Under the pieces are notes generated by a model. The model did not search any database. It saw only the letters and a list, made by a program, of their open reading frames with translations, and had not been told where the DNA came from. Below are positions 20,869 to 32,459 of a DNA stretch of 64,000 bases, one piece after another. Within the stretch, counting starts at the first letter, position 1. Every line of letters begins with the position of its first letter. The position numbers were made by a program, and so were the translations under genes. Source of the DNA: an uncultured delta proteobacterium (GTDB lineage Bacteria > Myxococcota > Myxococcia > SLRQ01); NCBI GenBank assembly GCA_963727485.1, contig CAVSGM010000003.1:672001-736000 (forward strand). Direction: 5' to 3'.

Positions 20869-22461
20869 ATGCACCGTGCCGCCCTCCTCCTCGCCGTCGC
20901 CTTCGCCCTCGCGCCCGCCGCCGCCCGGGCCCAGGCCACGACCTTCTCCAAGGCCCAGATCCTCTCCACCGGCAAGAGCGACGCCACGGTGAACCTCGCC
21001 GACTGCAAGGCGGACAGCGCCCTGAGCCTCGCCTGGGCCCTCGACGCCACGCCCACCAGCGACCAGAACGTGAAGATCTTCACCACCGCCGACCAGAACT
21101 GCGGCACCGCGAACATCATCTCCACCCTGGTCGACGAGGCCGCCCCCGACGGCGACCAGAGCACGATCCTCCACGTGGGCGCCGACATCGCCGGCGGGGA
21201 CTGCAGCGCGGTCGAGACCACCGACTACGTGTGCTTCGTCCTCACCGGCGCCGGGACCACCGGGGCCACCGCCTCGATCACCGTCACCCTCGACACCCAG
21301 GCGCCCACGCCCCCGGACACCGTCAGCACCACCGGCGGCGACACCACCCTCACCGTGAGCTGGTCCTACTCGGCGAGCGCCACCAAGGCCGGCGACATCG
21401 ACGGCTACCGGGTCGCCTACCACCAGGCCTCGTCCACCAGCACCAGCGACGTCCAGTACACCACCCAGGTCTCGTCCTCGGCGGGCAGCACCAAGATCAC
21501 CGGGCTCACCAACGGCGTGGCCTACGAGGTCTGGGTGGAGGCGGTGGACACCGCGGGCAACTGGAGCGCCGAGTCCACCTCGGCGCTGGGGACCCCCCGG
21601 GCGAGCGAGGACTTCTGGGAGCTCTACCGGGCCGACGGGGGCAAGCAGACCGGGTGCATGGCCGCCCCCGGCGCCTCCGGTCCCGCGGCGCTCCTCCTGC
21701 TCCTCGGCGCGGTCCTCCTGGGGACGCGGCGCCGGCGCCTGGCCCGGGGCCGCCACCTCCTCGCCGGCCTCCTGGTCGCCGGCTGTCTCGTCCCGGGGGT
21801 CGCCCGGGCCCAGACCGAGGCGCCCCAGGATCAGCGGGGCTTCTTCTTCGAGGTGGGCCTCGGGCCCTACCGCCCCTCGGTGGACCAGGAGTTCAACGGC
21901 AGCGGCCCCTACTCCAAGATCTTCGGGGACCAGAAGAACCTGCTCTTCCACCTGCGCTTCGAGCGGGCGGTCTACCAGGGCATCGGCCAGGTCGACCTGG
22001 GCCTCTCCGCGGGCTTCGCCCAGGCGGTGGGCAAGGCCCTCTACGCCGACGGCACCAAGTCCCCGGACACCACGGTGTTCAACTGGATCCCCCTGACCGC
22101 CACGGTGACCTACCGCCTCGACTACGGGGCGCTGCACTGGCACATCCCCTTCGTGCCCTTCGTCCGGCTGGGTCTCGTCTACCAGTACTGGTGGGTCCTC
22201 GACGGCACCGGGGCGGTGGCCAGCGACGCCAACGGCAACTCGGCCCAGGGCGGGCGCACCGGGTTCCTCTACGGCGGGGGGCTGGCCTTCCAGCTCGACG
22301 CCCTCGACCCCGAGCTCTCCCGGGACTTCCGCAACAGCTCCGGCGTGGACAACACCTACGTCTACTTCGAGTGGGACCAGCGCCAGGTCGACGGGTTCGG
22401 CTCGCCGGGCTTCAACCTCTCCGACGGGACCTGGTCCGCCGGGCTGGCCTTCGAGTTCTGA
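20869..22461 (+). CDS. Fused FN3/MYXO-CTERM protein (MXAN_2561-like) + outer-membrane beta-barrel (MXAN_2562-like)
   Basis: Signal peptide; FN3 (GLTNGVAYEVWVEAVD.AGN.S); DFWELY..GG..TGC-hydrophobic-RRRR; second signal-like segment ending VARA-Q; barrel ending in WSAGLAFEF. Confidence 0.7.
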   Translation: MHRAALLLAVAFALAPAAARAQATTFSKAQILSTGKSDATVNLADCKADSALSLAWALDATPTSDQNVKIFTTADQNCGTANIISTLVDEAAPDGDQSTILHVGADIAGGDCSAVETTDYVCFVLTGAGTTGATASITVTLDTQAPTPPDTVSTTGGDTTLTVSWSYSASATKAGDIDGYRVAYHQASSTSTSDVQYTTQVSSSAGSTKITGLTNGVAYEVWVEAVDTAGNWSAESTSALGTPRASEDFWELYRADGGKQTGCMAAPGASGPAALLLLLGAVLLGTRRRRLARGRHLLAGLLVAGCLVPGVARAQTEAPQDQRGFFFEVGLGPYRPSVDQEFNGSGPYSKIFGDQKNLLFHLRFERAVYQGIGQVDLGLSAGFAQAVGKALYADGTKSPDTTVFNWIPLTATVTYRLDYGALHWHIPFVPFVRLGLVYQYWWVLDGTGAVASDANGNSAQGGRTGFLYGGGLAFQLDALDPELSRDFRNSSGVDNTYVYFEWDQRQVDGFGSPGFNLSDGTWSAGLAFEF

Positions 22462-22478
22462 GCCGGGACGGCGAGGGT

Positions 22479-23240
22479 GTGCGCCGGGTCCGACTGGTCC
22501 TGGAGTACGACGGCACCGACTTCGCCGGGTGGCAGCGCCAGCCCGGGGAGCGGACGGTGCAGCAGGTGATCGAGGACGCGGTGGGGCGCCTGCTCGGGGT
22601 CGAGGCGCGGGTGCCCGTGATCGCCGCCGGGCGCACCGACGCCGGGGTCCACGCCCGGGGCCAGGTGGCGCTGGTCGAGGCGCCCCGGGCCCTGCCGCTC
22701 TCGGCCTGGGGGCCGGGCCTCACCGGTCGCCTCCCGCCGGACGTGGCGGTGGTGCGGGCGACGGTAGCCGAGGCGGGCTTCGATCCCCGGCGCTCGGCGA
22801 CGGGGAAGCGCTACGTCTACCGGGTGTGGAACGGGCGCCGGCGCTCGCCGCTCCGGGCCCGGTTCAGCTGGTGGGTGCGCGGGCCCCTGGACACCGCCGC
22901 CATGGGCGTGGCCGCGGCGCACCTGCTGGGCGAGCACGACTTCAAGAGCTTCCAGGCCGCCGGGTGCGCGGCGAAGACCACCGTGCGCCGCCTCGACCGC
23001 GTCGACGTCGAGGGCGCCGCCGGCGGGGCGCTGTGCTTCACCGTCGAGGGGACCGCGTTTCTCAGGTTCATGGTCCGAAACCTGGTGGGCACCCTGGTGG
23101 AGGTGGGCCACGGCCGCCTCGACCCCGGCGCCCTCCCGGCCATCCTCGCCGCCCGGGACCGGGACGCCGCCGGCCCCACCGCCCCGCCCCAGGGGCTGAC
23201 CCTGGACGAGGTGTACTATGGGCCCCGCGATGGACGCTGA
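22479..23240 (+). CDS. truA: tRNA pseudouridine(38-40) synthase
   Basis: EYDGTDFAGWQRQ, AGRTDAGVHARGQV, FLRFMVRNLVG, GPTAPPQGL; GTG start. Confidence 0.95.
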   Translation: MRRVRLVLEYDGTDFAGWQRQPGERTVQQVIEDAVGRLLGVEARVPVIAAGRTDAGVHARGQVALVEAPRALPLSAWGPGLTGRLPPDVAVVRATVAEAGFDPRRSATGKRYVYRVWNGRRRSPLRARFSWWVRGPLDTAAMGVAAAHLLGEHDFKSFQAAGCAAKTTVRRLDRVDVEGAAGGALCFTVEGTAFLRFMVRNLVGTLVEVGHGRLDPGALPAILAARDRDAAGPTAPPQGLTLDEVYYGPRDGR

Positions 23241-23835
23241 TCCCAAGCACGACCCGGACGCGGGCGCCATGCGCCAGGCCGTTCGGGGCCTGCGCGGCCG
23301 GGTCGCCGCGGTGGAGCGCGCCCTGGCGCTTGGGATCCTCACCGTGGTGGTCTGGTCCTTCGTCCAGTTCTCGGTGGCGGTGAAGCTCTACCCCCTGATC
23401 TTCGGGAGCCACCCCCCGGGCGACGGAGTGGGCGGCCAGATCCTCGACGCCCTGGCCAGCCAGGCGAGCCTCCTGGTGGTCCTCCCGGCGCTGGCCTGGA
23501 TCCTGGGGCTCCTCGTCGAGGGCTCGCCTCTGGCCGTGGGGATGGGCGCCGCCGCGGTGGTCGAGGTCTTCGTGCTCGCGGTGCAGTACCTGTCCACCGG
23601 GAGCCGGCTGCTCCTCGACCAGCCGGCCTACCTGGGGACCCTGCTGCTCCTGGGCCTCGCCGCCGGGGTCGCCGCGTCGTTCAGCTTCCGCCACGGCCGC
23701 CGGTGGATCGACGCCCGGGAGCGCGCCCGCCGCCGGGTGGCGCCCCCCGGTGACGCGCCCCCGGGCGACCCGCCCCCGGCGCCTAGTGGAGACGCGCCAG
23801 GAGCCGATGGGTCAGGTAGTGGCTCATCGCGATGA
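23230..23835 (+). CDS. Hypothetical membrane protein (about 4 TM segments)
   Basis: Hydrophobic helices; overlaps the truA stop region. Confidence 0.6.
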   Translation: MDADPKHDPDAGAMRQAVRGLRGRVAAVERALALGILTVVVWSFVQFSVAVKLYPLIFGSHPPGDGVGGQILDALASQASLLVVLPALAWILGLLVEGSPLAVGMGAAAVVEVFVLAVQYLSTGSRLLLDQPAYLGTLLLLGLAAGVAASFSFRHGRRWIDARERARRRVAPPGDAPPGDPPPAPSGDAPGADGSGSGSSR

Positions 23836-25313
23836 TCGGCGTCATGGTGTGGCTGGAGCTGGTCGAGGGGAACCCGGACGAGTCGAAGACGTAGACGTCC
23901 CGGGTCCCGTGGACCCGCCCGTCGGGGTCGCTGGCCCCGTCCTTCGCCGACGCCGCCATCCGCACCCCGCCCTGCTGGTGGGCGGAGAGCCAGGGGGCGG
24001 TCGCCGGCGCCAGGGACATGGCGTCGAGGCGTGAGACCTCGGCCTCCCGGGTGATCACCAAAGGCGGGCTCACGGGGACGATGACCTTCTGGGCGCCGGC
24101 GGCGAGGTAGATGCGCGCCGCGGTCTTCGCCGCCTCCCGCGCCCGGGCCTTGTGCTCGGCGGGGTGGTCGTAGTGCACCACGCGGCCTCGCCCCGGGGCC
24201 GGGTCGGACCTGGCCGGTGGGCGCGTCGGGGACCAGGCAGAGGGCCGCGGCGACGTGCGGGTAGAGGGTCATCATCTGCTTGTTGGCGTCGCCCACGTAG
24301 GGCTGGAGCGAGGCGACGATCCCCGGGGTCCCCATGATCCCCTCGACCCGATAGCCCCAGAAGCCCCGCTCGGCGTCGTGGCGCTCGCCGTCGGTGACCG
24401 CGTAGCTCTGGGGGATGCCGGTGAAGGCCATCACCGGGTCCCGGAACAGCGCCATCACCGGGAGCTGGGGCTGGAGCGAGAGGTGGCGGCCGAGGTGGGG
24501 GTTGTCGACGCCCGAGCGCAGGAGCAGCGGCGCGGTGTTCACCGGGTTGCCGGCGACGATGACGATCTTCGCGCGCACCTCGAAGCGGCCGGTGGCGTGG
24601 TAGCCCTTGGGGTCGAGGGTGTGGACGGTGAGGCGCTTCACCTCGGCGCCGAGATCGTGGAGGCGCGCCACCCGCGCCCGGGTGAGGATCCGCGCCCCGT
24701 GGGCGAGCGCCCCGGGGAGCGCCACGAAGCGGGCGTTGCGCTTGGCGTCCGCCGGGCAGCCGATGAGGCAGGTCCCCAGCCCGGCGCAGCCCACCCGGTT
24801 GTGGTGCATCACCTCGCCCTCGAGGCCCAGGGCCTCGGTGCCCTTCCGGAGGAGCCGGTTGGCCTTGTTCACCTGGCGCTCGTCGATGCGGCTCGCCGAG
24901 AGGTCCTCGAGGGCCCGGGCGGTGAACGGCGCCAGGGCCGCCTCGGTGAGCTCGGTGAGCCCCAGGCGCCGCCAGTGGGCGAGGACCTCGGGCCCGAGCG
25001 GCACCACGTCGCAGGCGTTGATCACCCCGCCGCCGCCGAGGACGTTTCCCTGGAGGATGCTGATGGCCAGGTCGTCGGTGGTGCGCCCGCCGCGGTCGGC
25101 GTAGAGCTGATCGTACATCGCGGCGTCGCGCTGGGTGAGCTTCGTCCCCGTGAAATCGCCCCCGGCCTCGAGGACGAGCACCTCGTGCCCGGCGGCGGCG
25201 AGGTCCCAGGCGGCGGTGGCGCCGCCGTAGCCCGAGCCCACCACGCAGACCTCGGTGGTGATCGTCGCCGGCGGGGCGGTGCGGCTGCAATCGGTGATGG
25301 ATCCCGGGCTCAC
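23783..25313 (-). CDS. GMC-family oxidoreductase (frameshift ~24185)
   Basis: VVGSGYGG FAD motif, GNVLGGGGVIN, C.GLGTCLIGCP; C-terminal SAHQQGG...YVFDSSGFP in the second frame; GTGA overlap with the upstream gene. Confidence 0.85.
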
Positions 25314-25891
25314 TTCTGGGGCATCCCGTAGAGCGAGGGGCCGGGGTAGCCGATGTGGGGCCACACCGCCGGGGTGTCGTAGAACACCAGGCCGAAGAAC
25401 TTCCGGAAGGCCACCGAGGCCTGGCGCCGCAGCAGCAGGGAGCTGGTGCCCCAGGTCTCCCAGAAGCCCAGCCGGTCGGCGGCCGAGAGGTGGGAGAAGG
25501 TGGCGAGGTGGGCGCCGAAGAGGACGGGCCCGAGCTCCACCAGGGTCAGCGCCCGGCCCAGGTCCCGGACGTTGTTCGCCGGCTCGTCGGCGAGGTAGGC
25601 GTCGAAGGCCCGGGCGAGGTGGGCGTCGTCGGCCCCGGGGGGAAAGGCGCCGCCCTCGGGGAGGGTGGTGCGGGCGAGGTTCGCCAGGGTCCGGTACTGC
25701 TGGTCGTCGAGGACCTTCAGGCCGCGCACCGTGGGCGCCGGGCCCCGGAGCGCCATCAGCCCGCCGCCGCCGGCGAGGAGGAGGCCCCCGGCGCCGAGGC
25801 CGATCTTGAGGAAGGTGCGCCGGGAGACGAAGGCGAACAGCGCGGTGCCCCCGCCCTCGGCGTCCGCTGGGCGCTCCCGGTCGGCGGACAT
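25310..25891 (-). CDS. Tat-signal partner of the GMC oxidoreductase (gluconate-2-dehydrogenase subunit-3-like)
   Basis: SRRTFLK twin-arginine motif; C-terminal FY..P.VW..IGYPGP. Confidence 0.7.
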   Translation of the reverse strand: MSADRERPADAEGGGTALFAFVSRRTFLKIGLGAGGLLLAGGGGLMALRGPAPTVRGLKVLDDQQYRTLANLARTTLPEGGAFPPGADDAHLARAFDAYLADEPANNVRDLGRALTLVELGPVLFGAHLATFSHLSAADRLGFWETWGTSSLLLRRQASVAFRKFFGLVFYDTPAVWPHIGYPGPSLYGMPQK

Positions 25892-25895
25892 GGGC

Positions 25896-26319
25896 CTAGG
25901 CCCCGGCCTCCGCGTGCCCGGCGGCCTTCAGGGCCGCCCGGATCTTCTCCGCGGCGTCGTCGAGGCCGCTGGGGTCGGGGTCCTTCTCGGCCCGGGCGAA
26001 GTCCAGGTCGCGTGACGCCGTTGATGGGCACCACGTGGAGGTGGACGTGGGGCACCTCGAGGCCCGCGATCATCAGGCCCACCCGCTCGGGGGCGAAGGC
26101 CTGCATCTGGGCGGCGCCGATGCGCCGGGCCACCTGGGTGAGGTGGGCGGCGAGGGCGTCGTCGAGGTCGAGCCAGTGGTCGACCTCCTGGCGGGGGACC
26201 ACCAGGGTGTGCCCCGGGTTCAGGGGGTTGATCGAGAGGAAGGCGACGCAGAGGTCGTCGCGCCACACGAAGCGACCGGGGAGCTCGCCGTCGATGATCC
26301 GGGTGAAGATCGTGGCCAT
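25896..26319 (-). CDS. HIT-family hydrolase (frameshift ~26010)
   Basis: TIFTRII.GELP, GHTLVVP, VPHVHLHVVP. Confidence 0.88.
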
Positions 26320-26373
26320 GCCCCGGTCCTACACCCGGCGCCCCCAGGGGGCCAAGGGCTCACGGGCCGCCGG

Positions 26374-27562
26374 TCAGCGGCCGCGGCGGTCCTCCCGGGC
26401 GGGCTTGCCCTTGGGCTTGGCCTTGCCGTCGTCCTTCTTGGCGGGCTTGGCCTTCGTGGCCTTGCCCTGGGTGCGCTTGGGCGCCGGCCTCGCCGCCGGG
26501 GCGCCGGGCCGGGGCTGCGGGCGGACCGTGGGGCGCGCCGGCTGTGGGGCCTGGGGCCGCTGGGGCGTGGGACGGACGCGCGGGGCGCGCCGGCTGGGCC
26601 TGGGGCCGCTGGGGCTGCGGGCGGACCGTGGGGCGCGCCGGCTGTGGGGCCTGGGGCCGCTGGGGCTGCGGGCGCACGCCGGGGCGCGCCGGCTGGGCCT
26701 GGGGCCGCTCGGGCGTGGGACGCACGCCCGGGCGCACCGGCGTTCCGGGCCGCGCCGGGGTGGGTTGGCTCCGGAACCGCGGCGGCCGGTAGACCGGGAG
26801 GGTGTCGCCCTGCACCCGCGCGGGCCGGCCCCGGCGCGGCGCCTGGTTCGCCTCGATGACGCGCACCGGCCGCACCGGGTGGCCGACCACCCGCGCCACC
26901 TCCCGCACCGGCACCCCCACGTTCACCGGGCGTCCACCCTCGACCCGCCAGGTCTGCTGGTGGCGGCTCTGGCGGATCAGGCGGGCGTTGCGGTCCCGGC
27001 GCGCGAGGTAGCGGTGCACCCGCGGGTCGAGAAACCGCCGCTCGGGGACGAAGCACCACCACCCGGTGTGGATGAACACCCCCGCGTCGCCGCCGCGGTA
27101 GACCACGCCCGCGCCGGGGTCCCAGTAGGCCTGGGGCGGGAGGGGCGCCCAGCCGACCCAGCCCGGGCCCCAGCGCCAGGCGACCCACGCCGGCCCCCAG
27201 ACCTGGCCCGGGATCCACACCCAGCCGTAGGAGGGATCGAGGGCCCAGCGGCCGTAGTGGAAGGGCGCCCAGCCCCAGGCGTAGGCGCTCACCCAGGTCC
27301 ACCCGTAGTCGTCGGAGTAGACCCAGTGGCCCTGGGTGTAGGGGCGCCAGTCGCCGGCGACGCCGTAGGGGTGCCACACCCAGCCGTAGCTGGCGGCGTA
27401 GACCCACTGCCCGTAGGGCGAGAGGCCGTCGTAGAACTCGCCGTACTCACCGGTGGTGAACGAGGGCGGCGGCTGGGCGCTGGCCGGGTGGCCCAGGGTG
27501 ACGCAGCCGGTGGCCGCGACGGCGAGGGCGAGGGCGAGGGTGACGGAGAGGTGTGGTCGCAT
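26374..27562 (-). CDS. DUF6600-like Trp-rich lipoprotein with Pro/Gln/Arg repeat tail (probable frameshift ~26575)
   Basis: Lipobox ATGC; LSPYGQW, WRPY..GHW, WGWAPFHYGRW, WGPAWV.WR, GWAPLPP; repeated RPQPQRPQA.PA. Confidence 0.8.
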
Positions 27563-27584
27563 GGTCTTGCCTCCGGACCGGCGC

Positions 27585-28247
27585 CTAGTTGGGCGCGAGG
27601 TCGACGGTGTAGGAGTTGGCCTGGCCGGCATCCACCGGCACCACCGCCGAGCCCGAGTAGGTCTTGGCGCTGCCGGAGAACCCGTCGAGATCCACCGACC
27701 ACTGGCCGGGATCGAGGTCGGTCCAGGTGACGCCGGCGTTGTTGCAGGCGAAGGTGCTGGAGTCGACGAGGGCGCCGGTGGGGTCGTAGAGGTAGTAGTC
27801 CACCTCATCGACGCCGGCGGCGGTGCAGGAGGTGAGGCCGTCGAAGGTCCAGTAGACCGTGAGGTCGCCGACCACGGCGGGGGCGTCGAGGTCGTACTGG
27901 TTGTCCGAGCTCGCGGACACCGTCACCGACTGGGCGGTGGAGGTGGCGTAGAGGGTCCGGCCCGAGCTGTCGCGGCCCTCGACGGTCACCGCGTAGGTGT
28001 CGGCGGTGAGGTTCTTGATGGTGATGCCCTGGGGGAAGGCGGCGCAGCTCACGCTCTTGGTGGCCCCGTCCCCGTGGACGTCGCCGCTCGCCACCAGGCG
28101 GATGGTGCTGACCCCGGCGGCGGTGCAGCTCGAGCCCCCAAACGTGTAGAAGACGCTGAGGTCGCCGGTGCCCGCAGGCACCACGCACACACAGGCTCCC
28201 GAGAACGCGACGACTGCCAGAACCAGCGGCAAGCGATGGCGCCACAT
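27585..28247 (-). CDS. Hypothetical lipoprotein with two beta-sandwich repeats
   Basis: Signal plus Cys; duplicated GDL.V..TF.G..SCTAAGV. Confidence 0.7.
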   Translation of the reverse strand: MWRHRLPLVLAVVAFSGACVCVVPAGTGDLSVFYTFGGSSCTAAGVSTIRLVASGDVHGDGATKSVSCAAFPQGITIKNLTADTYAVTVEGRDSSGRTLYATSTAQSVTVSASSDNQYDLDAPAVVGDLTVYWTFDGLTSCTAAGVDEVDYYLYDPTGALVDSSTFACNNAGVTWTDLDPGQWSVDLDGFSGSAKTYSGSAVVPVDAGQANSYTVDLAPN

Positions 28248-28301
28248 GGTAAGTCCCCCCTTCGCGGAGGAACCTAAGCGCTTCGCTGGCCGAGGGTAGG
28301 G

Positions 28302-29516
28302 CTACTCGTAGCGCAGGGCGTCGATGGGATCGAGCGCCGAGGCCTTGGCCGCCGGGTAGGTGCCGAAGATGACGCCCACGACGAAGGAGAAGCCGAAGCC
28401 GATGCCGATGGCCCAGGGTGGCACGTAGGCCGGGGGGAAGTTGGGGATCATGCTCGCCCCGAGGATCCCCAGGCCCCAGCCCAGGAGGATGCCGATGGCG
28501 CCGCCGAAGCACGAGAGGGCCACCGCCTCCACCAGGAACTGCACCAGGATGTCGCTGCGCCGGGCGCCCACCGCCTTGCGCACGCCGATCTCCCGGGTGC
28601 GCTCGGTGACCGAGACCAGCATGATGTTCATGATCCCGATGCCGCCGACGAGGAGCGAGATCCCCACCACCGCGCCGACCACGGCGGTGACCGAGCCGAG
28701 GATCTTGCCCACGGTCTTCTTCAGCTCCTCCTGGAGCTGCACCTCGAAGTCGTCGGGGGAGCCCTTGGCGAGGTGGTGGCGGCGCCGGAGGATCTGGGTG
28801 ATCTGCTCCTTGGCCAGCTCCACGTCGTCGGCGCTCTTCGCCTGGAAGGTGAGCACCAGCTGATCCAGGGCCTTGAGCCCGTAGAGGTCGCCGGCGGTGG
28901 TGATGGGCACCAGCACGGTTTCGTCGCGGTTCCGGCCGAACATCTGACCTTGCTTCTCCATCACCCCCACCACGGTGAGGGACATGGAGCCGAGGGTGAT
29001 CTCCTTGCCGATGGGGTTGGGCCCCAGGCCCAGGTTCTTCACCGTGTCCACGCCGACCAGGCAGACCTGGGCGTGGCGCTCCATGTCGATGGCGGAGAAG
29101 AAGCGGCCCCGGGCCACCCACTGGTTGTCCACCTCCTGGTGGGAGGCGCCGGCGCCGATGACGGTCACGTCGTCCTGGCGGTCCCGGTAGTGGACGGTGC
29201 CAGAGCGGTAGAGGCTCGGGTCGAAGGCGGAGATGGCGGTCGCCTCGCTGGCGATGGCCTTGCCGTCGTCGTAGGTGAGCTTCACGTCCCGGCCGGCGGC
29301 GGTGGGGTTGTTTCGGTCGAACTTGGGGAACACCTGGATGAAGGTGGAGCCCACCCCCTCGAGCTGGCCGGAGATGGTCTGGTTGAGCCCCTGGACGATG
29401 GACACCACCCCGATGACCGCGCCCACGCCGATGATGATGCCCAGGGTGGTGAGCACCGAGCGCATCTTGTTGGCGCGCAGGGCGGCGAAGGCGATGCGGA
29501 TGTTGTCGAAGATCAT
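28302..29516 (-). CDS. MacB/FtsX-type ABC transporter permease
   Basis: [51 protein letters not shown]. Confidence 0.93.
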   Translation of the reverse strand: MIFDNIRIAFAALRANKMRSVLTTLGIIIGVGAVIGVVSIVQGLNQTISGQLEGVGSTFIQVFPKFDRNNPTAAGRDVKLTYDDGKAIASEATAISAFDPSLYRSGTVHYRDRQDDVTVIGAGASHQEVDNQWVARGRFFSAIDMERHAQVCLVGVDTVKNLGLGPNPIGKEITLGSMSLTVVGVMEKQGQMFGRNRDETVLVPITTAGDLYGLKALDQLVLTFQAKSADDVELAKEQITQILRRRHHLAKGSPDDFEVQLQEELKKTVGKILGSVTAVVGAVVGISLLVGGIGIMNIMLVSVTERTREIGVRKAVGARRSDILVQFLVEAVALSCFGGAIGILLGWGLGILGASMIPNFPPAYVPPWAIGIGFGFSFVVGVIFGTYPAAKASALDPIDALRYE

Positions 29517-30202
29517 GCCGAGAGCTCCGCGGCCTCATCGTCGACGATGCGGCCGTCGCGGATGTGGATTTGGCGCCTGGCCTGCTTGGCGATGTCCGGC
29601 TCGTGGGTCACCAGGATGATGGTGTTGCCCTGGCGGTGGAGCTCGGAGAACAGCGCCATGATGTCCAGGGAGGTCTTGGAGTCGAGGTTCCCGGTGGGCT
29701 CGTCGGCCAGCAGGATCGACGGCCGGTTCACCAGGGCCCTGGCCACCGCCACCCGCTGGCGCTGGCCGCCGGAGAGCTCGTTGGGCCGGTGGTGAATCCT
29801 CGGGCCGAGGCCCACCTGCTCCAGGGCCTCCCGGGCGCGCTGGCGGCGCTCGGCGTGGGGCATCCGGGCGTAGACCAGCGGCAGCTCCACGTTGAGGAGC
29901 GCGGTGCTCCGGGAGAGCAGGTTGAAGCTCTGGAACACGAAGCCGATCTCCTGGTTCCGGATCCGCGCCAGCTCGTCGTCGTCGAGGGTGCTGACCTCGT
30001 GGCCGTTCAAGACGTAGGTGCCCGAGGTGGGGGTGTCGAGGCAGCCGAGGAGGTTCATCAGGGTGGACTTTCCGGAGCCCGAGGCGCCGGTGATGGCCAC
30101 GTACTCCCCCCGGTCGATGTCGAGGTCGACCCCGTCGAGGGCGTGCACCTCGGTGTCGCCCATCACGTAGGTCTTGTGGAGGTCGCGGATCTCGATGAGC
30201 AT
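29513..30202 (-). CDS. ABC transporter ATP-binding protein (MacB/LolD type)
   Basis: [32 protein letters not shown]. Confidence 0.95.
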   Translation of the reverse strand: MLIEIRDLHKTYVMGDTEVHALDGVDLDIDRGEYVAITGASGSGKSTLMNLLGCLDTPTSGTYVLNGHEVSTLDDDELARIRNQEIGFVFQSFNLLSRSTALLNVELPLVYARMPHAERRQRAREALEQVGLGPRIHHRPNELSGGQRQRVAVARALVNRPSILLADEPTGNLDSKTSLDIMALFSELHRQGNTIILVTHEPDIAKQARRQIHIRDGRIVDDEAAELSA

Positions 30203-31461
30203 CAGTGGGCCTCGACCTTCACCCCGCCGGCCTTGGCCACCGCCTCGGGCTTCGCGCCCGCCTGCTTGGTGGTCTTCTCCACGTGGATCTCGTGGCCGGC
30301 GCGCAGGGCCTTGAGGGTCCGGTAGGGGCCGACGATGACCGGGTCGCCGACCTTGAGGCCGCTGACCACCTCCACGTGGAGCTCGTCGGAGATGCCGGTC
30401 TTGACCTTGGTGAGCGCCGCCTTGCCCTGCTCGGCGAGGTAGATGACGTCGGTGTCCTTGCTGGCGCCGGCGCTGTCGCTGGCCATCTCCTTGCCCTGCT
30501 TGTCGAGGGTCCGCTTGACCACCGCCTGGATGGGCACCGCGATGACGTCCTGGTGGACGGCGGTGACGATGTCGACCTTGGCGGTCATCGCCGGCTTGAG
30601 CGCCGGGTTGGGGTGGTCGAGGGCGATCTTCACCTTGAAGCGCACCACGCCGCTGGCGTCCTTGTCGCCGGACGACGCGATGTCGATGACGTGGCCCTCG
30701 AGGGTCTGGTCGGCCAGGGCGTCGACGTGGACGTGGGTGAGCTGGCCGAGCTTGACCTCGGGGACGTCGATCTCGTTGACGTCCACCTGGGCCTCGAGCC
30801 GCGACATGTCGGCGACGACCATCATCTTGGAGCCCGGGAGGTTCATGGTCCCGGGGACCACCGACTCGCCCTGCTCCACGTCGAGGCGGACGATCTTGCC
30901 GGCCATGGGCGCCGCGATGGTGGTCTGCTGCAGGCTCTCCTGGGCCCGGTCGAGGGCGTAGCGCTGCTGCTGCACCGCCTGCTTCTGGCTCTCGACGTCC
31001 ACCGTCGCCAGGTCGGCCTTGAGCTTGGCCTGGTCGTACTCGTTCTGGCTGACGTGCTGGCCCTTGTAGAGCTGGGTCATGAGCCGGAGGTTGCGGTTGG
31101 CGTCGGCGAGGGTCGCCTGGGCCCGCTGGACCCCGATCTGCGCCTGCTGGAGGGCGGCGCGGGCCTGGTCCCGGGCGGCCTTGTAGGTGTCCCGCTCGAT
31201 CTGCGCCAGGACCTGGCCCTTCTTGACCATCTGCCCCTCGACCACCGGGAGGTCGACGATCTCGCCGCCGACCTTGGCGGAGATCTCCACCTTCTTGGTG
31301 GGCTCGATCTCGCCGGAGGCCTTCACCAGCCGCGAGATGGTCATCTTGCCGGCGGGCTGGACGTCGACGGCGACCCCGGACTTGTGGGAGCCGGCGAGGC
31401 TGGCGGCGACGACGCCGCCGATGACGACGACGAGGCCGACGCCGATGAGGATCTTCTTCAT
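30202..31461 (-). CDS. Periplasmic adaptor / membrane fusion protein (MacA/YknX-like)
   Basis: N-terminal anchor, lipoyl-like V.EGQ.VKKGQ, coiled coil, IAAPMAG, VNEID. Confidence 0.9.
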   Translation of the reverse strand: MKKILIGVGLVVVIGGVVAASLAGSHKSGVAVDVQPAGKMTISRLVKASGEIEPTKKVEISAKVGGEIVDLPVVEGQMVKKGQVLAQIERDTYKAARDQARAALQQAQIGVQRAQATLADANRNLRLMTQLYKGQHVSQNEYDQAKLKADLATVDVESQKQAVQQQRYALDRAQESLQQTTIAAPMAGKIVRLDVEQGESVVPGTMNLPGSKMMVVADMSRLEAQVDVNEIDVPEVKLGQLTHVHVDALADQTLEGHVIDIASSGDKDASGVVRFKVKIALDHPNPALKPAMTAKVDIVTAVHQDVIAVPIQAVVKRTLDKQGKEMASDSAGASKDTDVIYLAEQGKAALTKVKTGISDELHVEVVSGLKVGDPVIVGPYRTLKALRAGHEIHVEKTTKQAGAKPEAVAKAGGVKVEAH

Positions 31462-31481
31462 GGGAAGGCTCCGAGAGCGGA

Positions 31482-32318
31482 TCAGGAGAAGGCGTGACGG
31501 AGGGCGACGATGCCGACGTGGCCCGCCACGTAGACCAGCCACAGCCCGCCGACCAGGATTGTGGCCCGGGCCTGCTTGATCCGGGCCACGATTGCCAGGC
31601 CCATGGCGACGAGCACCAGGGACCAGAGGGTGAACACGTCGATGGACCCGGCGAGGGTGTGGAGCACCGGGCTCGCCGAGTCGGGAAGGAAGGCGCCGAG
31701 GTTGGACTTCACCAGGCCTTGGACCGCGTCGGCGGTGAGCATCCCCGCGCGGCTCGCCAGGATGGAGACGATGATCCCGCCGACCACCGCCGCGGGTAGG
31801 AACGCGTGGGAGACGGTGGACAGGACTCGCATGAAGCCGGTGTCCGAGCCCATCAGCTTCACCCCCAGCCAGAACACCAGGCCGAGGATGAGGAAGACGA
31901 CGGGGGTGGCGACCGCGCCGAAGGCCAGGCCCACGTACTTGAACTTGTTGGCGTTGGCGAGGACCTTGTCCATCTGGGCGTCGGGGATCTTGTTGCCGCT
32001 CTTGGCGAGGCGCTCCTGGATGGTCGCCGCCATGTCCAGGTGGCGGATCACCACGAACTGGTTGCCCACGCTCACCGCGGTGAGGAGGATGAGCGCCAGG
32101 GCCACCGTGGGCTTGCGGCCGATGTCGGCGAAGACGGCGCCCGGGCTCACGAAGACCGAGAGCACCCGGGCCAGGGCGCCCATCTTGGGCTTGTCCACCG
32201 CCGCCTCGACCATCTCGGCCGCGCGCGCGTCGCCCGGGGCGGGCGCGTCGCTGGGGGCGGGCGTCTCGCCGGTGCTGGGGGGTACCGCAGAGGACTCGGG
32301 ACGGTCGGTGTCAGCCAT
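31482..32318 (-). CDS. Yip1-family membrane protein (YknW-like)
   Basis: VFVSPG..F..I...P, about 5 TM segments, SID.F.LW; first gene of the ABC operon. Confidence 0.75.
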   Translation of the reverse strand: MADTDRPESSAVPPSTGETPAPSDAPAPGDARAAEMVEAAVDKPKMGALARVLSVFVSPGAVFADIGRKPTVALALILLTAVSVGNQFVVIRHLDMAATIQERLAKSGNKIPDAQMDKVLANANKFKYVGLAFGAVATPVVFLILGLVFWLGVKLMGSDTGFMRVLSTVSHAFLPAAVVGGIIVSILASRAGMLTADAVQGLVKSNLGAFLPDSASPVLHTLAGSIDVFTLWSLVLVAMGLAIVARIKQARATILVGGLWLVYVAGHVGIVALRHAFS

Positions 32319-32459
32319 CGTATCTCCCCTTCAGGGACGAAGCCGCCGGCCTGGGTGGCCGGCGGCGAAGGGTCTCACGACAGCCGTCTCTACGCACCTC
32401 TGACGGCTGGATTTCACCCCCCCAGGATCCCGTGGGTCCGGGGGCGCTGGGGGCCGGGC

